Source: a virus (lineage: Duplodnaviria > Caudoviricetes). Taken from it: DNA of 34,605 nucleotides. The notes under the pieces were generated by a model. It was not told the origin of the DNA. It did not search any database and saw only the letters and a list, made by a program, of their open reading frames with translations. The stretch spans positions 1 to 34,605 of the IMG/VR virus record IMGVR_UViG_3300020045_005973; one strand, written 5' to 3'. Made by a program: the position numbers and the translations under genes. Positions 25,300-32,983 of this stretch are shown here, piece after piece (positions within the stretch are counted from its first letter, which is position 1; every line of letters starts with the position of its first letter).

Positions 25300-27666
25300 T
25301 TACAAATCAAGAACAGGCACATCGGCGTATTCAGCAATAGTATCTGTCATGCCGGTAAGATCACCAGTGTCTGTTTCAGCATACCACACCCCATCCTCAA
25401 GCCAGATGTTAAGATTTCCGCTCATTGCATTGATCGGCAAAGTCCAGCCCGCATCCACACAGAACGCATCTTCCACGTTAACAAAGTTGCGTAGAGCCAT
25501 CCGCTCAATCATCCGCCGCCACCGGCCCTGGAGATACCGCTGCGTCACCACGTAAACTCTATCGTTCACGATCTGCACATCGCCGGTGAGGGAATTGTTC
25601 TCGCGCATATTGGCGACGGATAGAAACTGCCCGCGTGTACCGCAGGGAGTCCAGGCGTAAATGTCTTCCGCTTTAACCACAGTGAAAGCCAACAGCGCCC
25701 CGTCGCTTCGTGTAGACCAAACCAGTTTAAACGGCTCCTCTTGATACGCCCAGGAGGTTATGTTTTTGCCAAGCCCGAAAAGGTGATTGGACAAGATGCT
25801 GCGATCATCCCCAGCATAGACCCGCTGGATTTCATTGTACGCCAGCATCCGTACTGCGTGGCCGCGCCCCTCAACGTAGAGGAGATCCGGGCCTATCTTA
25901 ATCGGCGGGACTAGGCTCGACCCGTCTGTGGTTTGGGGCACCGCAACTGCGTTGGTCGGGGTGATCGGGTCAGTTGCACTACCCCCATTCAGCACCCAGA
26001 TGTTCTCTTGGGTTAAGACCAGTAGCCCCCCTTGGGTAGGAACAAGGTGCCGGATGGCTGCGAAGGATGGAGTGTCTAGCGTGAACTCGTAGCTGTCGCT
26101 ATCGATAAGGTTAGGAGTAACGTCGAAGTTACTGAACTGTTTAACCTGGCTTCCCCAGATCGTGGTGGGCTTGTCATAAGAGGAGGCGTAAATTTGACGT
26201 TGCTGGAAGATAACAGACTGGCTTGGATAGGTGCCAAGGCTGGCCTGCACCGTGACAGTTGCAGTAGCACCTGAGCCGGTTCCAGTAATGGTGACAAGCC
26301 CAGCCTGGTCATCGCCGATAGCAAAATCGTGCCCGGCGTTAGTAATCCGTACGTTTATTACTGGACCAACGTAAGCGCCATAGGGCGGATTAACAACAGC
26401 CTCGCCAGTAAACCCGGTGCCGCCGGAGACGATAACAATCGTGCTAAACACATCGTACCCGCTCCCAGCGTTTGTCATCTTAATCTGATAAACAGGCTGG
26501 ACAGCGAAGGGGTTGCGCCGCTCTGGTGGGGTGCGGGTGAAGTCAGCAATGATGTTAGGGTCTACGAATTGAGTCCCCTTTGTCTGCCCAACAAAGCCCA
26601 GCTCCTTCCCATTATCCAGCCCCTGTTCAACCGTGACGATTGAGCGATAGATGTTGTAGTTTATAGCAAGGGGATCAGCGGTCCAGTTAATGGTAACGCT
26701 GCCCTCGGTGGCCGGGTAGTTAACTACTCCGTACATACCGTAGAGGGGGCCGCGAGCGGTTTCGCTTCCATCCTCATAGACAGAAGACACCGCCCAAACT
26801 ACGTCAGCCAAGCGGCCGTCTTCAGGCACAGGGCTGGAGTTGTGCGAAGTAATGGTTGGGCCTACGGCGTCAGAACCAATGACCTCTGCCTCGATCCGCC
26901 AGAAGTTCCCGTCCTGGTCCTCCGTTCCGGTATCATTGCTGCGGACAAGGTTTGTAATAGGGTAGCTCGGGTGAGTGATACGGGTAATGTCATGGTACTG
27001 CTTAATACAGAGAGATTTATAATGCTCTGGCTGATAATCGCACTCAAGCGAAAGAACGCGGCCAACGGTTAAGCCAGAGGTGTAGGCGTCAAAGCCAACA
27101 CTACTGACTAACGTATCATCGGTAATGGAGCGGGCGTTAAAGGTATTAGCATCGAGGACTTCAGCGATCACAGTCCTTCGCCGCCACTCCAAATTCTTCG
27201 GATGCGGGTGAGAGAAATGCACCCAGTCACCTGTAGTGAAGCCGTGGGCAGTGGCGGTAATCATGGCTGGGTTGGCCAGCGTAATTGAGTTTACTTCCAC
27301 AGTTGGCTCTGTCACCATTTCCCCGTTCTGCACGAACTGGATGATACTATGGGAAAAGGTCGAGGTGTCCACCACGTTGATAGGGGAGATAATCCCAACG
27401 TAACTGTAGTCTACGTCAGGGTCGAAGATAAAGGTGAAGAGACGGGGCGGCTCGATGAGTTCCAGCGTCCTAAGCCCCTGGATATAGTCAGGTAGATAGT
27501 CCACGAACTCGAAGCCAGGACGCGAGCTAAGCCCGCCCCTGTAATCTACAAAATAATTGTACGCCTCGGCCATCGCCATATCGTACTTGGTCAGGTCGGT
27601 GCGGCCGAAAAACGTCGGACTGAGTTCCCCCGCAACGAACCCGTATTTCATCAGATCATTAGGCAA
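25300..27666 (-). CDS. Tail tubular protein B (nozzle), N-terminal fragment
   Basis: FVAGELSP..FGRTDL.KY, GGLSSRPG, YPS...FQQR, WAYQEEP, RSDG, FCVDAG; likely TTG start 27666 with GGGAG RBS. Confidence 0.88.
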   Translation of the reverse strand: MPNDLMKYGFVAGELSPTFFGRTDLTKYDMAMAEAYNYFVDYRGGLSSRPGFEFVDYLPDYIQGLRTLELIEPPRLFTFIFDPDVDYSYVGIISPINVVDTSTFSHSIIQFVQNGEMVTEPTVEVNSITLANPAMITATAHGFTTGDWVHFSHPHPKNLEWRRRTVIAEVLDANTFNARSITDDTLVSSVGFDAYTSGLTVGRVLSLECDYQPEHYKSLCIKQYHDITRITHPSYPITNLVRSNDTGTEDQDGNFWRIEAEVIGSDAVGPTITSHNSSPVPEDGRLADVVWAVSSVYEDGSETARGPLYGMYGVVNYPATEGSVTINWTADPLAINYNIYRSIVTVEQGLDNGKELGFVGQTKGTQFVDPNIIADFTRTPPERRNPFAVQPVYQIKMTNAGSGYDVFSTIVIVSGGTGFTGEAVVNPPYGAYVGPVINVRITNAGHDFAIGDDQAGLVTITGTGSGATATVTVQASLGTYPSQSVIFQQRQIYASSYDKPTTIWGSQVKQFSNFDVTPNLIDSDSYEFTLDTPSFAAIRHLVPTQGGLLVLTQENIWVLNGGSATDPITPTNAVAVPQTTDGSSLVPPIKIGPDLLYVEGRGHAVRMLAYNEIQRVYAGDDRSILSNHLFGLGKNITSWAYQEEPFKLVWSTRSDGALLAFTVVKAEDIYAWTPCGTRGQFLSVANMRENNSLTGDVQIVNDRVYVVTQRYLQGRWRRMIERMALRNFVNVEDAFCVDAGWTLPINAMSGNLNIWLEDGVWYAETDTGDLTGMTDTIAEYADVPVLDL

Positions 27667-28336
27667 CAGAATTGCTCCCGAATGCATCGCCGTAGGGATA
27701 GACATAGCGGGTGCCGGCAGTTGCACCAGCGTACCCACGCCCAGCTATCCAGTCCGGGATCGCCTCCATTTGCTCGTTAGAGGTGTTAGCCGCACGTTCC
27801 CGCGCTGACCAAATAAGTTCGTTGGCCTTCTCAGCCAGCATCTTGGCCCGAGTATTTTTTCCGCTCAAGGGCATCGCGATGTGAGAGGCTAGGCCGTAGA
27901 CTATTGCCATCTGCAGCGAGGCACTCCATAGGGCCACTGTGTCCATGCGCGAAGTGTAGATGAGGATGGGGGTCTCGACGTTTGTGACCAGCGCCTTGCG
28001 GTTGTCGGGGTAGGCGGTGATTAGGAACCGCTGGTAGGTGCTGAGGTACTGGGGATGGAGGAGATCGGTAGGGACGGCATAGGCGAACTGGTAATCGGGC
28101 CTCGGGTTAGTAACCACCCATTCCTCATCCTGATCCCTCTCGTCTAGCAACGCTAGATAGGCGAGCTTGGTCGCTTCTGGCCAAACAGAGGCGGCAAGCA
28201 CCTGGTCCCTTACGGGAGAATACCAGAGCCTGCACACCTCTGCCTCGCGTGAGGCTTCGTCCGGTGATCCCACATTGCTCCTAGCGCCGATGGCGTTCAG
28301 GGCAAGATTGTAGATCGTGACTTCACTACTTATCAC
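27659..28336 (-). CDS. Tail tubular protein A / head-tail adaptor
   Basis: IYNLALNAIG, EAEVCRLWY, WPEA, YAVPTD, LASHIAMPL. Confidence 0.85.
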   Translation of the reverse strand: MISSEVTIYNLALNAIGARSNVGSPDEASREAEVCRLWYSPVRDQVLAASVWPEATKLAYLALLDERDQDEEWVVTNPRPDYQFAYAVPTDLLHPQYLSTYQRFLITAYPDNRKALVTNVETPILIYTSRMDTVALWSASLQMAIVYGLASHIAMPLSGKNTRAKMLAEKANELIWSARERAANTSNEQMEAIPDWIAGRGYAGATAGTRYVYPYGDAFGSNSVA

Positions 28337-28348
28337 CGGACGATCCCC

Positions 28349-28525
28349 TTACAGCTTAATCTTCGCTTCAGGCTTCGGTTTGGGAGGAACGTATTCATCC
28401 TCCGCTTCCTTCGCCGTAGACGGCAGTTTCTCTTCCCAGTCATCAGGGAAGGTGTGGGGGTTGCCGGACGGCTCGTAAAGATTACCGTCCGGTGCGAACC
28501 AGCTGCGCCGGAGATTAATGCGCAT
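28349..28525 (-). CDS. Hypothetical protein (58 aa), not in ORF track
   Basis: MRINLRRSWFAPDGNLYEPSGNPHTFPDDWEEKLPSTAKEAEDEYVPPKPKPEAKIKL; TAATG overlap with upstream gene. Confidence 0.7.
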   Translation of the reverse strand: MRINLRRSWFAPDGNLYEPSGNPHTFPDDWEEKLPSTAKEAEDEYVPPKPKPEAKIKL

Positions 28526-29001
28526 TAGTTAGCTCCCTCGGCATAGGCTTTCCAACCGATCGGGTCGGGGGTAAGAAACGCATTGATCTTACCAGCTGTC
28601 GTTGTGGTCGTGGCGGTCACGGCGAGGATGCCGAGGAAGCGCTCGTAGACTGGGCCCTGCAGCGGCAGCGCAATGCAGGCGATAACACCACCCGCGTTGA
28701 ACTGGACAGCGTTCACAGCTGCGTCGTCCGTGACAAAAGCCTGGCTCGCCCAATGAACCGTAGCAGTGCCATCCGTAGCAATCGCCGCCTGCGCGTCGGA
28801 AGCCAGGATAAACTGCAACGTACCGGCCGAGCCGCCAGTGATGATCTCCGTATCAGTGGTGATCACGAGGTACATCGGCTGGCCATTGCCAATGTCCCGA
28901 GCAACAGTGCCCAGGTCGATCACATCACCGATAAGGGCAGTACCCGCAGCTGCCGCAACCGAAGTGGCATCCGCAAACTCATTTCGTTCGTCCATAATCA
29001 T
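28525..29001 (-). CDS. Capsid cement/decoration protein (Bbp16-like)
   Basis: MIMD...DVIDLG...DIGNG.PMYL...ERFLG...AGKINAFL; follows MCP. Confidence 0.8.
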   Translation of the reverse strand: MIMDERNEFADATSVAAAAGTALIGDVIDLGTVARDIGNGQPMYLVITTDTEIITGGSAGTLQFILASDAQAAIATDGTATVHWASQAFVTDDAAVNAVQFNAGGVIACIALPLQGPVYERFLGILAVTATTTTTAGKINAFLTPDPIGWKAYAEGAN

Positions 29002-29024
29002 CTTAAAGTTCCTTCAATCAGGGG

Positions 29025-29062
29025 TTGGTATGGTCGTACCCAAAGTGGGTAGAGCCATATCA
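29025..29062 (-). repeat. Leader hairpin, copy B (between MCP stop and decoration gene)
   Basis: TTGGTATGGTCGTACCCA-AAG-TGGGTAGAGCCATATCA forms an imperfect stem; near-identical to 15622-15658. Confidence 0.8.
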
Positions 29063-30058
29063 GACTACCAGTGCTTCGTCAGAGCTGAGCACGTCCGAAC
29101 GGCGGATAGGGATGCCGTGGAACGCAGTGGTGAGAATACCACCCAGCTGGTCTACGGTCAAGGTCGAGTCCTTGACGAGGTAGGCCGACTGCTGACGCAG
29201 CTTGGTCAAGATGCCCCGGTCCATGTAGAACGCCGCCCGGCCGCTGTTCAGCGAGGGGATGCGGTCGATGGCCTGGAACATCAGGTTGGGCAGGTGCGCG
29301 CCAGTCGCGGCCGTTGCGAGCAGTTCGCTCCGGTCGATATTGGCGATGCGAACGAAGTAGCGCCAGTCGCGGATGGTGAGGCCAGCGTCATGCCGGTAAT
29401 GACTCCGGTATGCTTCCATACGCCCGCCAGCACCATCCACATTCTCGATCGTGACCTGGCCCTTATCTTCCATCTGCAGGCCAGCGGTCGAACCCTTGGG
29501 AACGATGCCGAAGCCTGTGGACGGACCCCACACGCACAGCCAGATGCTCGCGTTGTCCGTGCCGCTACCGCCGCCGAGAATGATGTTCTCGCCGTTGGAT
29601 GCAGTGGTCAGGTTGAAGCGAGGGGTAAGGCCGGTAAAGGCCTCAGGCTCACTGCCTTCGTTTCCGTAGAACAGGGTCTGGGCCAGTTCCTGGCTCATGC
29701 CCTCGATATGCGGACGATCTTCCGACAGACGGAACTCAGCGGTGTTGCCGTTGAGATCGGCCAGGGCCTTGTCAACTTCAGCATACGCTTCGAGCATGCC
29801 GGTGTTGTCAGTGACCTGTGCGGTGCGCGACTTGGTGGGCTGAACGCCACCATACATCTTGCGCCAGGTCGGGGTAGGCAGGCCAGTGCGGATCGTGGTC
29901 CGGTGGCCAGTGACGAGGTTGCCTTCCTGCCAGGTCATGTCCATGAGGACTTCGTTAGTCTGGTTCAGGATTTCAACGATGGAGGCAATCCGGCCGTCCG
30001 GGTCCGTGCGCTTGGCAAGGTCCAGGAGGGTAGGATGCGTATCAGCGAGAGTAGCCAT
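29060..30058 (-). CDS. Major capsid protein (BPP-1 Bbp17/epsilon15-like)
   Basis: PTLLDLAKRTDPDG.IA.IVEIL.QTNE, RTGLP..TWR, EVDKALADLNGN, DWRY.VRIANID, GIPIRR.D. Confidence 0.95.
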   Translation of the reverse strand: MATLADTHPTLLDLAKRTDPDGRIASIVEILNQTNEVLMDMTWQEGNLVTGHRTTIRTGLPTPTWRKMYGGVQPTKSRTAQVTDNTGMLEAYAEVDKALADLNGNTAEFRLSEDRPHIEGMSQELAQTLFYGNEGSEPEAFTGLTPRFNLTTASNGENIILGGGSGTDNASIWLCVWGPSTGFGIVPKGSTAGLQMEDKGQVTIENVDGAGGRMEAYRSHYRHDAGLTIRDWRYFVRIANIDRSELLATAATGAHLPNLMFQAIDRIPSLNSGRAAFYMDRGILTKLRQQSAYLVKDSTLTVDQLGGILTTAFHGIPIRRSDVLSSDEALVV

Positions 30059-30061
30059 TGA

Positions 30062-30682
30062 TTAACCTTTCATAGAGGGGTAGAGCAGCGATGCTGCGTT
30101 GGCAGGAGCACCGGCGGGCTGGCCCTGGGTATAACCACCCTCGGTCAGTTTGCCGGCTAGGGTATGCAAAAACTTCACGATCGCGGGGTTGTTGCCAGCC
30201 CCGGTCAGCGCAAAGGCATCAACAACCTCGTTATTACCGTACTCGGCAACGAGCTTGTTTACTTGGGCAATCGACGCCGTGAACTTTTCCCCACCGATGG
30301 TAGGGTCAGCCTTCACAGCCGCTTGCCATTCATCCTGCATTTTATCCCACGCTGCGCTACTCGCCTCCGAGGCCTTCGTCATGAGTTTAGTTTGCAGATC
30401 GAGCAGGCCCTGGGCGCGGTCTTTTGCGCTAAGTTCCTGGTCGTTCACGACGGAAAGGAACTCTGTCATGAGTTCCGGTTCCGCAGTAAATCCTTCGGGG
30501 AGGACAATATCTGCCTCCGTAAGCGGTACAAACGGGGCGACCTCAGGCTCAGCCTCACCCTCGATCAGGGACTTCGGCGCTTCGCCTTCAGTCGTCTCTG
30601 TCGTCGTCTCCACTACCGGGGGTACGACCACGGTCTCGGTCACTGGCGGCCCCAAGTTCGTCGTCTCGTTCGTTTCGCTCAT
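30062..30682 (-). CDS. Capsid scaffolding protein
   Basis: Acidic, DPTIGG, GAGNNPAIVKF, ends LLYPSM; directly upstream of MCP; RBS AAGGA. Confidence 0.8.
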   Translation of the reverse strand: MSETNETTNLGPPVTETVVVPPVVETTTETTEGEAPKSLIEGEAEPEVAPFVPLTEADIVLPEGFTAEPELMTEFLSVVNDQELSAKDRAQGLLDLQTKLMTKASEASSAAWDKMQDEWQAAVKADPTIGGEKFTASIAQVNKLVAEYGNNEVVDAFALTGAGNNPAIVKFLHTLAGKLTEGGYTQGQPAGAPANAASLLYPSMKG

Positions 30683-30950
30683 TTTGCTTTTCCTTCAAAA
30701 GGTTGACGTAGCCATCCGGGCTAACGCTCAACATACGATCCAAAATACGCTGGCCAACATTAAGTTGCCCACAATTAAATGCGGTAGATAGCGAGTTCTG
30801 TGTAAAAGGCTGGTGACCAATACACCCGATATCCAGGAGCCACCAGAGCAACCTGCGCCCGTGGGTGTGCTCAAAGAGGGCGGATACGGCTGCATCAATT
30901 TCCAGCTCATCTTGCTTTTCCCACCGCCGCTTAAGTTTCTCGGTTTCCAC
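30588..30950 (-). CDS. Bbp19-like protein
   Basis: GRRLLWWLL, TAFNCGQLNVG; between portal and scaffold; tail overlaps scaffold by 95 nt. Confidence 0.72.
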   Translation of the reverse strand: METEKLKRRWEKQDELEIDAAVSALFEHTHGRRLLWWLLDIGCIGHQPFTQNSLSTAFNCGQLNVGQRILDRMLSVSPDGYVNLLKEKQNERNERDDELGAASDRDRGRTPGSGDDDRDD

Positions 30951-30961
30951 TAACTACGTCC

Positions 30962-30990
30962 CTTTTAACACATGCCACCTTGGGCGTCAA
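30962..30990 (-). promoter_or_regulatory. Possible sigma70-like promoter for scaffold/capsid genes
   Basis: TTGACG (30990-30985)-N17-TAAAAG (30967-30962) in the short gap after portal. Confidence 0.45.
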
Positions 30991-30996
30991 TATCCC

Positions 30997-32652
30997 TCAG
31001 CCTTGCGCCATAAGAGCTTGCAGCGCATTAGCGCCTCCACCCACATCAGTGTTGCTAAGTGCTTCCGCGCCCTGTGCCAGCTGCGGTGCCATTTCAGCCA
31101 TCTTCGCGGCTTCCTCGGCCTGTTGCTTCGCAGCACGAAGCGCGTCGATCTCTTCAATCGTGTTGATGTTGCGAGCCTCGACGCCGACAGCCTGCCCATA
31201 ATTCCGCAGCAAGTCATCCCACTTCACAGCCAACAGCGCATCAGGGTAAATCGGTGCAATACCGCCAATGATCTGCAGCCACCGCTCCATCGGCGCTACG
31301 CCTAAAGCCCTTTGTGCAGTGGACAGGATTGACACATATTGGATTTGAATTTCAGCATTCTGGATCGCCGGGGGTGCGTCGGGCAGGAGGTCTGCCCGTT
31401 GCATAATGCTAAAAATACGATTAATTGCCGGATCGAGTGCTTCATTCTCAAACCTTTCCAACACGGAGCCTAATAGCACGAGCTTCTCTTCGCGCCGCGC
31501 ATCAATTTCAGTGGCGCTTCGCACCGTGTCCAGCTGCGAAATCATATTGAACAGGTCGTTGTGGAAGGCCTCGCGTATCCGCACCTGCACATCGCGTATG
31601 TCCGCAGTCATGTCCTGGATGGGGGCGGAGATTTGGTATAGCGGCTTGGCCCCGACGTTGTTCGCACCAGCGACGTAGGTAATGCCATTGGGCATGAGAG
31701 CGGTGGGCCGGTGCTGCAGCTGTATGTCCGCCACGATGGGCGGGTTAATCATTTTGTCCAGCCCCTGGGCCTTGCGCTTTGTCTCCAGCTGCAACTGGAT
31801 CACGTCGGGCAGTGCGTCCATGGCCGGGCTGGTGCCGTAGCTGTCGTTGGCCGTGAGTTCCCAGCGCGGGAACACGCCTGGCAGCTCATTGAAACCGCGT
31901 TGGGCAAGCACCTCGCCGGCCGGTGCCCCAGTTTCCCAGTACGTTTCTCGATACGCAAATTTCTCCGGCACCGAACTCTTGCCCAGGTTCGGCTCAATCA
32001 AATGGGTTACGTCGATGGAGTGGAGGGCTTCTGCTCCTCCTCGCTTATACTTGGACTTGGACGTTTCAGATAGGTTTTCTTCTCCAAATCGCGTACAGAG
32101 TTGTTTAACCGTCTGCGTGAACTCACGGGCAAAGGTATCAACAGCCAGGCGATGGGATTGACCAAGATAAAACTCACCCAAAGCAGGGTTGTAACACCGG
32201 ATAATGTCATCGTCGTCCTCGTAGATTAAGTTAGCGGCTGAGCCAAAGACCACAAGGTCAAGGTAGAGCACGGCCATGGAGTTGTAGAAGTTGCTTTCGC
32301 TCATCACGATCATCATGCGGCGGGAAACTTCATCACTCCAGCGGCTTACCGGCCCGCCTTCATCATCAGCGCCCGGCACGCGGAGGCGGAACCAGGGGCG
32401 AGAGGGGCTGGTGATCCCGTTCATCATGCCGGACGCGAGCGTCCTCGCCGCCATCGTCCCAGTCGAGTCCAAGATGTAGGGGTTCTTCGCGTTGCGGACC
32501 CGCTGTTCCTTCGCACTCTGCAGCCAGACGTAGCGCTTAGGCAGGTAGTAGTCAGCCAGCTCGCGCCACAAGGACCAGAAGGGCTGGCGGTCGGAAAGGA
32601 GTTCCGACAGAACTTGGTTAAGCCGCTTGTACTCTTCGAGGTCGATCTTCAT
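30997..32652 (-). CDS. Portal (head-tail connector)
   Basis: DSTG..A.RTLASGMM.GITSPSRPWF, YGTSPAM.ALPD, SATEI..R.EEKL..LG.VLER. Confidence 0.95.
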   Translation of the reverse strand: MKIDLEEYKRLNQVLSELLSDRQPFWSLWRELADYYLPKRYVWLQSAKEQRVRNAKNPYILDSTGTMAARTLASGMMNGITSPSRPWFRLRVPGADDEGGPVSRWSDEVSRRMMIVMSESNFYNSMAVLYLDLVVFGSAANLIYEDDDDIIRCYNPALGEFYLGQSHRLAVDTFAREFTQTVKQLCTRFGEENLSETSKSKYKRGGAEALHSIDVTHLIEPNLGKSSVPEKFAYRETYWETGAPAGEVLAQRGFNELPGVFPRWELTANDSYGTSPAMDALPDVIQLQLETKRKAQGLDKMINPPIVADIQLQHRPTALMPNGITYVAGANNVGAKPLYQISAPIQDMTADIRDVQVRIREAFHNDLFNMISQLDTVRSATEIDARREEKLVLLGSVLERFENEALDPAINRIFSIMQRADLLPDAPPAIQNAEIQIQYVSILSTAQRALGVAPMERWLQIIGGIAPIYPDALLAVKWDDLLRNYGQAVGVEARNINTIEEIDALRAAKQQAEEAAKMAEMAPQLAQGAEALSNTDVGGGANALQALMAQG

Positions 32653-32831
32653 TAGCCACCGCCGATCAGGGAAGATTTGTTCAGCGTGTCTTTACGCTTC
32701 AGGCCAGAAGGCGAAGCGGACATGGGGCTGATGAGAGAGCCGCTAGAAGGATCGCTGCTGGTGCTCTTTGGGTTAACCCCCGGGTTAGCAGGCGCTAGGG
32801 GTTTGGGAACAGAGGGGAAGAGGAAGCCCAC
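32652..32831 (-). CDS. Small Pro/Ser-rich protein (59 aa) upstream of portal, not in ORF track
   Basis: GTG start with AAGGA RBS; MGFLFPSVPKP...KDTLNKSSLIGGG; TAATG overlap with portal. Confidence 0.75.
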   Translation of the reverse strand: MGFLFPSVPKPLAPANPGVNPKSTSSDPSSGSLISPMSASPSGLKRKDTLNKSSLIGGG

Positions 32832-32833
32832 GA

Positions 32834-32983
32834 TTAATTCCTTACTTGGCCAATGAGGCTTTTGGTTGGGGCTGTGGCAGTTTGGCTTATGAGCGCCGAG
32901 GGCCTGGCCTGTGACTTCGGCTTATCCCCGCCGCCGAACTGGTGAACCAGTCCCCCTCCCATAATCTTTGGCATAAAACTCAT
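32834..32983 (-). CDS. Small protein (49 aa), not in ORF track
   Basis: ATGA overlap with terminase stop, GGAG RBS; MSFMPKIMGGGLVHQFGGGDKPKSQARPSALISQTATAPTKSLIGQVRN. Confidence 0.65.
   Translation of the reverse strand: MSFMPKIMGGGLVHQFGGGDKPKSQARPSALISQTATAPTKSLIGQVRN

Noticed and set aside
29040-29100. T7 10A/10B-type frameshift extension of the major capsid protein
   Set aside because: No slippery heptamer seen near the MCP 3' end; the next gene has its own RBS
28766-30061. 431-aa + strand ORF (and similar ORFs such as 33460-34248 and 30150-30791)
   Set aside because: Antisense shadows of GC3-rich capsid, terminase and scaffold genes; no RBS or recognisable motifs
30588-30682. 95-nt overlap of Bbp19-like gene and scaffold as a dual-coding novelty
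   Set aside because: Overlapping tail is low-complexity run-on in the alternative frame; no sign of separate function
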